DNA from: Pseudomonadota bacterium | GTDB taxonomy: Bacteria; Bdellovibrionota; FAC87; UBA2466 | Assembly: GCA_043718025.1 (NCBI GenBank) | Contig: JAYSWN010000155.1 | Location: 1-23,304, forward strand | Length of the DNA: 23,304 nucleotides | Direction of reading: 5' to 3' | In this document: positions 16,398 through 23,304 of the stretch, piece after piece | Layout of the letters: every line of letters begins with the position of its first letter | Position numbering within the stretch: position 1 is the stretch's first letter | Made by a program: the position numbers and the translations under genes | Notes under the pieces: model-generated | The model's input: the letters and a program-made list of their open reading frames with translations, nothing else | Told to the model about the DNA's origin: nothing | The model's database searches: none

Positions 16398-17966
16398 TCA
16401 CTCGTCGGCTCCAAGGTACAGGCGGAGCGACTGTTTTTCTTTTTCCGATAACATGCGTTCAGGGGGCATCCGAACCTTGGGGTCGGAGCTATTCACCCGA
16501 TTCATCACTTTGGCGACGAAAGAAGAGGTAAACTCTCCGGGCTTTTCCAATGGCAACGGGGGCGCTGAGCCATTCGAAGGCGAGTGACAGCTAAGGCACA
16601 TTGGCACCGGGTTGATTAGCAATGCCGTCGAAGCGATAGGCTCAACTGGCCCATTCCTCTCATCTTCTTTTTTCAAAACATCGCAGATCGTTGGTTCGCT
16701 CTTTTCGAGTGGAGACGCTGACTCAGGATCCTCATCGTGAAATGGCTGACTCTCTTTAACCTGTAAATTGAGCTCTCCGGTGTGCTCCTCGGCCACGGCG
16801 GCGGGTAAGTTCGGATTCTGCTTTCTCAACTCGGTGAAAAGGATTTGGGCTAAAGGTGCAGATAAATAATTAGAGCCAACATAATAGCTCCAGTTTTTTG
16901 GATCCCGGCTAAGCACAAAGTCGGTGTGTTCAATGCCGAAGGAGGCGGCTAACCACCCCGTTTCTAAATCACTCCCTACGTACCCAACTCGCGCCCAAGT
17001 TGCCAGGTTTCCATGCGGCAATTTTTTTTGAAAAAGAGTCCGGCTGAGAGCCAAACGATCGGCAAAGAGCGCCTTGTATGGATAGCTGCACCGGGCGATC
17101 AGTCCCGCGGTAAGCGCAGGTCCAAAGACCCTAAAGAGGGCCCGATCGGCCACGATCTGATTGGCGAGATGCCTTGCCTGCAACGGAGCAAGTAGTGCAG
17201 TGAAACGCAAGTTGGGTCTAAATTGATAGCCCGATCGCGTTACCGTGTTGTAGGGGCTAACTGGAGAGCCCTCGGGGAATTGTAGATAGCGGTAGCGCGA
17301 ATGCTTCGGTACCAGCTGCTTAAAACGGCGAAACGCATCGAGCTCCGCTAATCGAACGGCGATAAAGCCTGCGGTTTTATCGAGCCCGGCGTACTTCTCG
17401 GCGCGAAAATCAATGAGGGCGTCGTCATCGTGACCATAGGCGCCGGGCCATTGGTCGTATGGCTCCCAGATTGGCCGCAGTGGCTGGTAATGACACCGAG
17501 CACACTTGGCGGGATTGGCCTCAGAAAGTGCGGGTCGCGACTCGCCTGAAAAAATGATTTCACGAAACTGCCACGATTGTGGTGCAGTTGATTCGAAGGC
17601 GATGATCTCAACCGCGTTGTAGCCAGCCTGTTTTGGATGACCATTGAAGGTGTAGATAAATTTTGCATCGGGCCCAAAAACGATGGCCCGTGGAAACGTT
17701 TCTGACCCCCGCTGCAAGCTCAAGCTATGATTCATCAGCGTGAAACCCGACAGATGAAGTGGGTGATTTTGCTTTACCCACTCCAAAAAAGTTTCCACGC
17801 TGTTAAACGCAGGGACCTTAGCTTCAATCGCTTTTTCAAGGTCAGAAAGAGTGAGCGTCGAAGGTAGGGTAGAGAGTTTGTCGTAGTTTAAATCACCGCC
17901 GGCGCCAAACGCCTCAACAACGTAATGGAGAACCACGATCCCCACGATCAGTATAAAACCCCTCAT
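16398..17966 (-). CDS. Exported c-type cytochrome with two CxxCH motifs
   Basis: CARCH and CLSCH, a C-terminal RMPP axial-Met motif and an N-terminal signal/anchor from the ATG at 17966 (GGGGGG RBS). The ORF-track start at 18068 would leave only 3 nt to the divergent gene. Confidence 0.75.
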   Translation of the reverse strand: MRGFILIVGIVVLHYVVEAFGAGGDLNYDKLSTLPSTLTLSDLEKAIEAKVPAFNSVETFLEWVKQNHPLHLSGFTLMNHSLSLQRGSETFPRAIVFGPDAKFIYTFNGHPKQAGYNAVEIIAFESTAPQSWQFREIIFSGESRPALSEANPAKCARCHYQPLRPIWEPYDQWPGAYGHDDDALIDFRAEKYAGLDKTAGFIAVRLAELDAFRRFKQLVPKHSRYRYLQFPEGSPVSPYNTVTRSGYQFRPNLRFTALLAPLQARHLANQIVADRALFRVFGPALTAGLIARCSYPYKALFADRLALSRTLFQKKLPHGNLATWARVGYVGSDLETGWLAASFGIEHTDFVLSRDPKNWSYYVGSNYLSAPLAQILFTELRKQNPNLPAAVAEEHTGELNLQVKESQPFHDEDPESASPLEKSEPTICDVLKKEDERNGPVEPIASTALLINPVPMCLSCHSPSNGSAPPLPLEKPGEFTSSFVAKVMNRVNSSDPKVRMPPERMLSEKEKQSLRLYLGADE

Positions 17967-18071
17967 CGCGCCCCCCAGCACCCTGTGCTTAATGCGTAGC
18001 GTAATCGACGAATTTAACAAAGGGATAAATAAGCGCTTGCCCCCTTGGCTGGTAACGAATGAAATCACCCG

Positions 18072-19283
18072 ATGAATAAAAAAAGCAGCAAGGGTTTGGC
18101 CGTCGTGGCCCCGGCCCTCTTATTGCTGGTTTACATGGCGGCCTACTTTGGTTTTGCTAGGCTTGGGTTTGCGATTGAAAAAGACGAACTCCATTTTTGG
18201 CCAACGGTCCTGTTTTTTAGCCATCACTTACTTCCGACCGCTGAGCAACTTCGCAGCTACAACGACCTCAACACCCCGGTTCCGTTTTTAATTTTCGGAG
18301 CAATTGAGTCTTGGTTTCATCAGGGCCTTTGGCTAGCGCGCCTTAGCAATTTGCTGATGAGCCTAACTTGCGCGGCGATAATATTATTGCCGACCAAAAA
18401 TGCGACTCGTGATTCGGCGCTGGCAACGCTGGGACTACTTTGCTTTCCCTATTTTGTTGGCGTCAGCACCCATGTTTACACTGACACCATCGCCGCGGCT
18501 TTCACGCTGGGAGGAGTGGCCCTGTTCATGAACGGCCATCGCTTTGTCTCTCTACTCTTTTTCGTAGCGGCCGTAAGCAGCCGTCAATATGCGGTCATCT
18601 TTCCGGCCGCGTTACTTTTATTTTTACTACGTACGTCGTGGGCTAAGCGACAATCTCCGGATTGGATTTCGGTGGGTTGCCTTACGGCTTCGCTTTTTTC
18701 GTTAGTAAGTTGGTTTATCTTTTGGGGCGGGCCGGCCAATGCAGTGGCACTCAATTCTCAGGTGGTGGCCACGACCCAATGGCTGAGTTTCCTTCCCGAA
18801 AACGTGGGCTACTTTCTTGCGTGCGTGGCGACGTACTATTGCCTTCCTGAATTTCTTTTTTTTAGCGCAAGTAGAGAGCTATTTAAGCAGCGCTTCGCTC
18901 AACGCAAAAAAGTGGCCGTCATTGTTGTAATGATAGTCAGTCTCTTTGCCCTTTTTCCCCCGCTGGGAAATCACTATCCCTACCCCATCGAAGAGATGGG
19001 TTTTCTCGATAAGGGACTGCGCCTTGGGTTTAATGATTTTTGGAGAGTGGTAGCACTCTGTGGGCTTGCCATTTTCGCCGTCATTCGCTTTGCAGAAGAT
19101 AGTTTGCCGGCCTATTTCGTGGTGTTAAACGCCGTTTTAATGGCCAAAGCGCACATCGCTTGGGATAAATACGTTTTTAGTCTGCTTCTCGTGCTTTGGT
19201 GGTTCCGTAGTGATTCCAATAGATTAAATAGCCAAAAAGGGATTGCTTCGGGATCCGTTGCCATTCGCCCTGGTACCAAGTAA
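18072..19283 (+). CDS. Polytopic membrane protein, likely a GT-C fold glycosyltransferase
   Basis: A DE motif after TM1 (KDELHFW), YTD, SRQY and WDKY segments, and about 10-11 transmembrane helices. Confidence 0.65.
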   Translation: MNKKSSKGLAVVAPALLLLVYMAAYFGFARLGFAIEKDELHFWPTVLFFSHHLLPTAEQLRSYNDLNTPVPFLIFGAIESWFHQGLWLARLSNLLMSLTCAAIILLPTKNATRDSALATLGLLCFPYFVGVSTHVYTDTIAAAFTLGGVALFMNGHRFVSLLFFVAAVSSRQYAVIFPAALLLFLLRTSWAKRQSPDWISVGCLTASLFSLVSWFIFWGGPANAVALNSQVVATTQWLSFLPENVGYFLACVATYYCLPEFLFFSASRELFKQRFAQRKKVAVIVVMIVSLFALFPPLGNHYPYPIEEMGFLDKGLRLGFNDFWRVVALCGLAIFAVIRFAEDSLPAYFVVLNAVLMAKAHIAWDKYVFSLLLVLWWFRSDSNRLNSQKGIASGSVAIRPGTK

Positions 19284-19405
19284 TAGATTTACTTCGGTTT
19301 TTTCAAAGTCGAAATTTTCATCTTAGCAATCCACAGCACGAAAAAACCGGAAGCGCACTCTCGGGGCCGTTGAACAAACATCAACTTCATGCTCCTCTAG
19401 AGTGA

Positions 19406-20140
19406 ATGTGGCTTCTTTTTTTTCTATTCATTGCCATCTCAACTACTAACGCTGGCACGGCACCGAATACTTGTCCGCCTGGTCACCATTGGGTGAAGGA
19501 GCACCATCGGCGGGCCTATTATCGCGCGGAGGGGACGCTTGTTTCAGCAGCGGATGTAGCAGCGCATTGCCGGAAGAATCCATCAGGGTTTCACGCGTGG
19601 AGTGGGTTACTGAAAGAAGGCCGTCCTCCAAACTGGCGGCATCCCAACGAACAATCAAAGAATTGGTCGGTGGAGGAAACCGAGCGAATGTTAGAGGCAT
19701 TGGGTGAGACGCCCGCTATGTTGAAGGAACAGGGAGTTGATGGATTTTATAGAATGGCAAAGGCGAATGCTCCGGGTAATCCAGCGTCCCTGCGTGGAAC
19801 TAGCGTCGCCGTGTATGACGAAGCATTTGAGAAAGAACATGTGCTTGCTCACGTCTTGGCACATGAACTCGCCCACCGATTGTTTGAAGGCCTTTCTGAG
19901 GATGAAAGAAAGTCGTTCCTGCGTGCCGGAAAGTGGAAAGACGTCGGTGGTGGGCGTTTCTCCACTCAACGCGTCGAGACCACATTTCTTCGAAAAGTCG
20001 GAATGATAAGTCCCGAAGAGGACTTTGCGGACGGCGTCAGTGCCTGTTTTCATCAGCCGAAAAAGTTAAGGGAAACCTCCCCCGCTCTGTATGACTGGAT
20101 GGAAAAGCACGTTAAACTGAAAACCAAGGAAATAAAATGA
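19406..20140 (+). CDS. Secreted zinc metallopeptidase-like protein (HExxH)
   Basis: Signal peptide, VLAHELAH and a downstream SPEEDFAD third-ligand motif followed by PxxL...PxxY, as in anthrax-lethal-factor-like/MtfA-type gluzincins. Confidence 0.7.
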   Translation: MWLLFFLFIAISTTNAGTAPNTCPPGHHWVKEHHRRAYYRAEGTLVSAADVAAHCRKNPSGFHAWSGLLKEGRPPNWRHPNEQSKNWSVEETERMLEALGETPAMLKEQGVDGFYRMAKANAPGNPASLRGTSVAVYDEAFEKEHVLAHVLAHELAHRLFEGLSEDERKSFLRAGKWKDVGGGRFSTQRVETTFLRKVGMISPEEDFADGVSACFHQPKKLRETSPALYDWMEKHVKLKTKEIK

Positions 20141-20769
20141 AGCATGTGGTCTGTGCCATTTTCATAGCCGCACTATCCCAGCTAGCGCGGAACGCCGACG
20201 GATCTGAGGCTAAACCCATACCTTTTACCCTAGGCATGGTTCGGCAGTTGAAGCTTCACGTATCCGATAAAGATTCTGTAACCAAACTGTTCGGCCGCCC
20301 GAAAGAGGTTTCCCAACTCACGAATATTCCGGGGCGGAAGGGTACCGTGGAGCTTTGGGAGTATTTCGAAGGCGGTAGCACGAGGCTCTCGGTTTCGTTC
20401 GCATCGGAGAATGATTTCGTCGACTCGTGGACGTGGCATGTTTCTGCCGGTGATCCTGAGAAAAAACTAGGGTTCGCCCTTAAGAAGTTTCGCGGCGCTT
20501 CATGGGTGGGTGAAACAGAAAAGTGGATTAACCCCCATCACGATCCCGTCACCTGTTTTTACAAAGATAAAAAGGTGGGCGTTACCGTAAGGTATAACGA
20601 GTTTCGAAAAGAGGTTGAATCGATCTCAGTTCTCGATCCAGCTCGCGAGCTAGCCGCTTCAACCGCCGACGAAAAACCACCAAAGTTTTGCATCGGTGAT
20701 GCTTGCGTTGATGGCATCCCTGCCAAAGAATGGGCAAAGACGGGTCCGACGTGCGAGGTACCAAAATAG
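20137..20769 (+). CDS. Secreted hypothetical protein coupled to the HExxH peptidase
   Basis: ATGA overlap, AAGGA RBS, signal peptide, a VxxLFGxP...WEY motif (SmpA/BamE/BLIP-like) and a Cys-rich tail. Confidence 0.65.
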   Translation: MKHVVCAIFIAALSQLARNADGSEAKPIPFTLGMVRQLKLHVSDKDSVTKLFGRPKEVSQLTNIPGRKGTVELWEYFEGGSTRLSVSFASENDFVDSWTWHVSAGDPEKKLGFALKKFRGASWVGETEKWINPHHDPVTCFYKDKKVGVTVRYNEFRKEVESISVLDPARELAASTADEKPPKFCIGDACVDGIPAKEWAKTGPTCEVPK

Positions 20770-21216
20770 GCTTCTCACGCCGTTTACCACTTAAAAATCG
20801 GCAATGGTCTCAATCGCGCAAGCCACAGTTGCCCTACTGCAAAATTCTTTCCAGAAAGAAAAGATCTCGTGCGGCCAAAGAGCGTACTGAGTGGCTAGGC
20901 GATTGGTCCCCCGAGGCTTTCGACTTGGCTCGAACCAAGAGAGCGTTTGAACGCGGAGCTTGATCCGAACGCCGACGGGAATCACTTGAACACCGAACCC
21001 CCAGATTAGAAAGCAAGCTTAGGCTAACTGGGAAAAGTCAGGGTTGAGGCTGAAAATTAACTTTATCGATGATATCGGCAAGGTTCGACTGACCGTTATA
21101 TTCACCGGCCGTTAGGGAATCTCGAGCGGTTGGCGAAGGTCGTTAAGCTCTTTCCAGACAAGACGCAGCGCGTCTGTTCCACGAATGTTACATGAAGGGG
21201 TAAAACCAGTAACGCA

Positions 21217-21245
21217 TTGCAAATCGACGAGTCACAAGCTAAGAG
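21217..21245 (+). promoter_or_regulatory. Possible sigma70 promoter of tRNA-Pro
   Basis: TTGCAA, 17 nt spacer, TAAGAG, ending 21 nt before the tRNA. Confidence 0.3.
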
Positions 21246-21266
21246 AAACACCACAGTTTTCATCAT

Positions 21267-21343
21267 CGGGGCGTAGCGCAGTTGGCTAGCGCATCTGCTT
21301 TGGGAGCAGAGGGTCGTGAGTTCGAGTCTCGCCGCCCCGACCA
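21267..21343 (+). tRNA. trnP: tRNA-Pro (anticodon TGG)
   Basis: 77-nt cloverleaf: CGGGGCG/CGCCCCG acceptor stem, GCGC D-stem, TCTGC/GCAGA anticodon stem with TGG at 21301-21303, GTTCGAGT T-loop and an encoded CCA end. Confidence 0.98.
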
Positions 21344-21347
21344 TTTT

Positions 21348-21374
21348 AACCCTCAGCGATTGCTGGGGGTTTTT
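21348..21374 (+). terminator. Rho-independent terminator after tRNA-Pro
   Basis: AACCCTCAGC-GATT-GCTGGGGGTT hairpin running into a T tract. Confidence 0.8.
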
Positions 21375-21400
21375 AGTTTCTACTTTTCCTGAAGCGTGGA

Positions 21401-21603
21401 TAGAACGTGGGAAAATCGGCGGCAGCGCCGTCGTTGCGAACCCGTGAAGCGGGTGAAGCAATCCCATCCTTAAAAAACATTCCACGAAAGAATCGGCATT
21501 TTGTGATGACGTTGCGAGAGGTGAGCGTACCTCTGCGTCGTCTGAACATCGCCCGCCAGCTTTCGATTCAGGATTCGTTTCACGCTCGCGCCGTTTTTTC
21601 ACG
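21401..21603. repeat. Palindromic intergenic element, copy 1 (REP/MITE-like)
   Basis: Core CGCCGTCGTTGCG-hairpin(ACCCGT-GAA-GCGGGT)-GAAGCAATCCC at 21426-21465, with imperfect inverted ends at 21406-21427 and 21583-21603. Confidence 0.45.
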
Positions 21604-22414
21604 CGACCTCGCCTAGCGCCGCCACACAAGTTTGCGGAAGAGGAAGGAGTCTAGCGGCCCCAAAAACGGGTTTCGATAATCCGAGCTTGGCGAATACCGA
21701 ACCCACGGTGAAGTAGGTCGGAAAGGCGACGGGCCGGACATTGCGAAGTCCACCGGCACTGAGCGACTCCATCAGGGAGTGCTGGGTAAAGTGGAATAGA
21801 TGTTCGGGGACTTTAAAGGAGGGCCAGTGGCGTCCCATCCACAATCTCCAAAAGCTGCCGAAATTAGGAACGCCTACCACCACCACGCCCCCCGGTTTCA
21901 ATACGGAGGCCAATTCCCTTAGGAACCCGATGGGGTCGGGAACATGTTCAAGCACGTGCAGGGCGGTCACACAGTCGAATGAACGGCGCGGGACCTCCGC
22001 CACGCTGGTAAAAACTCGATCGCTCACGCGTGATGCGCGCGCCCGCCCAGACGGAGAAGGCTCCACTCCACAACGCTGAGCGAATTTCCCCCGCGCCTCA
22101 TCGAGAAGAAAGCCGAAGGCGCACCCTACGTCCAAGAGGGACGAAGTTGTCGGCGAAAAGGGGGGCATCTTCTGCAATAACGCGCGGAAAGTCCTCCTTA
22201 GCGCCAGCTCCTGACTGAAATAGGCCGTCTCCGCGTACCCCTGCTCTCCGCCCGCGGAAAAGTAGTCGCCGGCATAGGTTTGAAAAACCTTCTCGGCGAG
22301 TGGCTGGGGCGAAAGCAGGCCCGTACCGCAATGGGGGCAGACCAGAATGCGATATCCGTCCGAAAACCGATAACGCTCTGTCTCAACACTAATCTGGCAA
22401 AGAAAGCACTTCAC
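21599..22414 (-). CDS. Class I SAM-dependent methyltransferase with an N-terminal Zn-ribbon
   Basis: CFLC...CPHC, LLDVGCAFG, FDCVTALHVLEHVPDP, LKPGG and PEHLFHF. Start placed at the GTG at 22414 after a GGGGAGG RBS. Confidence 0.92.
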   Translation of the reverse strand: MKCFLCQISVETERYRFSDGYRILVCPHCGTGLLSPQPLAEKVFQTYAGDYFSAGGEQGYAETAYFSQELALRRTFRALLQKMPPFSPTTSSLLDVGCAFGFLLDEARGKFAQRCGVEPSPSGRARASRVSDRVFTSVAEVPRRSFDCVTALHVLEHVPDPIGFLRELASVLKPGGVVVVGVPNFGSFWRLWMGRHWPSFKVPEHLFHFTQHSLMESLSAGGLRNVRPVAFPTYFTVGSVFAKLGLSKPVFGAARLLPLPQTCVAALGEVA

Positions 22415-22691
22415 CGGTCGCCTCCCCAACTCGTCCCATCGGTTTTTCTGCCAAAAAACTTCAGGAAAACATCAATAGACGGTAGTCGAAAGGCACCTTT
22501 ACCCCTTCCCGACAGGCTCCAGCTCAAGCCGGGGTGACAAAAATTGCAGTATTACGCTTCGAACGCGTTTGCCCTATATTTCGTCCCCAGGCCATTTTCA
22601 AGAACCCAAAGACTTGGCCACTGACATCGTTGACAAGTTGTCCGGCAAAAAATGACGGTCGGTCGACAGGCCCTCGGACCTAAGTTAGAGG

Positions 22692-23075
22692 ATGGGCATG
22701 CAGTACCTCCACACTATGCTTCGCGTTTCCGATCTCAAGCGCTCGATACAGTTTTACACCGAAGTTCTGGGTTTCCGTCTGCGCCGGCAGAACGACTACC
22801 CCGGCGGTAAATTCACCCTCGCCTTTTTGGGTGGGGAAGAGGGGTCCGAACCCTTCCTAGAGCTGACGCACAATTGGGAAACCTCTTCTTACGAACTGGG
22901 CACGGCCTACGGCCACATGGCCTTCGGCGTACCCGACATCTACGCCACCTGCGATAAAATCAAGCGGGCCGGGGGCACCATCACGCGGGAGCCAGGTCCC
23001 ATGAAGCACGGAAACTCCCTCATCGCCTTTCTCAAAGATCCCGACGGGTATTCCATCGAGCTGATTCAGCGGTAG
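22692..23075 (+). CDS. gloA: Lactoylglutathione lyase (glyoxalase I)
   Basis: YLHTMLRV, FTLAFL, LELTHNW, YELGTAYGHMAFGV and DPDGYSIELIQ. Confidence 0.97.
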   Translation: MGMQYLHTMLRVSDLKRSIQFYTEVLGFRLRRQNDYPGGKFTLAFLGGEEGSEPFLELTHNWETSSYELGTAYGHMAFGVPDIYATCDKIKRAGGTITREPGPMKHGNSLIAFLKDPDGYSIELIQR

Positions 23076-23168
23076 TCCCACCGGCAATTGCGCCTCTGTG
23101 AATGCGCTACAATGCCTACCAGCAGCAACGGTCCACAAGCAGTTACAATTAATACAGACTTATTTCCT

Positions 23169-23304
23169 TAGAGAGTGTCTCAAAAGTTGTATTTCGCCGT
23201 CATTGCGCCGAAGGCGCACGCAGTGCGGCTGAAGCAACCCTTTCACTATGAGTGAAGAGGGACGTCGACAAAACCAAGCAGGCCAAAGGTTGCCGCGCCT
23301 GCTA
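23169..23304. repeat. Palindromic intergenic element, copy 2 (REP/MITE-like), truncated by the window end
   Basis: Core CGCCGTCATTGCG...TGAAGCAACCC at 23195-23240, with hairpins TGCGCC-GAA-GGCGCA, CGCAC-GCA-GTGCG and TTCACT-ATG-AGTGAA. GCAACC (23234-23239) pairs with GGTTGC (23288-23293). Confidence 0.5.

Noticed and set aside
21102..21629. 175-aa minus-strand ORF
   Set aside because: It is the antisense of tRNA-Pro (MVGAARLELTTLCSQSRCASQLRYAP is the typical tRNA shadow) plus repeat sequence.
19300..23304. tRNA-anchored integrative element or prophage
   Set aside because: No integrase or phage gene, and I saw no duplicate of the tRNA 3' end (att site) in the window.
1..23304. CRISPR array, rRNA, transposase or long tandem repeats
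   Set aside because: No regularly spaced repeats, cas genes, rRNA-like sequence or transposase motifs were seen by eye.

Overview
Bacterial chromosomal window of roughly balanced GC (estimated by eye). Several secreted orphan families suggest a Bdellovibrionota/Oligoflexia-like host; this is inference only. The centrepiece (about 6.9-14.6 kb) is a compact, divergently transcribed six-gene cluster. The rightward operon encodes a cupin/methionyl-tRNA-synthetase-like fusion, an FAD-dependent DAO-family oxidase and an MbtG/NbtG-type lysine N6-hydroxylase. This is the trio known as the N-N bond (hydrazine)-forming cassette of the s56-p1, triacsin and pyrazomycin pathways (Spb40/39/38, Tri28/27/26, PyrN/PyrM type). 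The leftward operon encodes a RimJ-type GNAT acyltransferase, a MATE exporter and a DdaF/NikS-like ATP-grasp amino-acid ligase. No carrier protein, NRPS, PKS or siderophore synthetase is present, so the cluster looks like a minimal pathway to an unknown exported hydrazino-acid dipeptide. Left flank: DUF2090 fragment, cysteine dioxygenase, GT4 glycosyltransferase, putative outer-membrane protein, GNAT, SolA/MSOX oxidase, group II PLP decarboxylase and a secreted protein-glutaminase-like enzyme. Right flank: DUF3095, secreted SnoaL protein, di-heme cytochrome c, GT-C-like membrane protein, a secreted HExxH peptidase with a coupled partner, tRNA-Pro(TGG), a methyltransferase, gloA and two related palindromic intergenic elements. 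All family assignments come from motif recognition; no database search was run.
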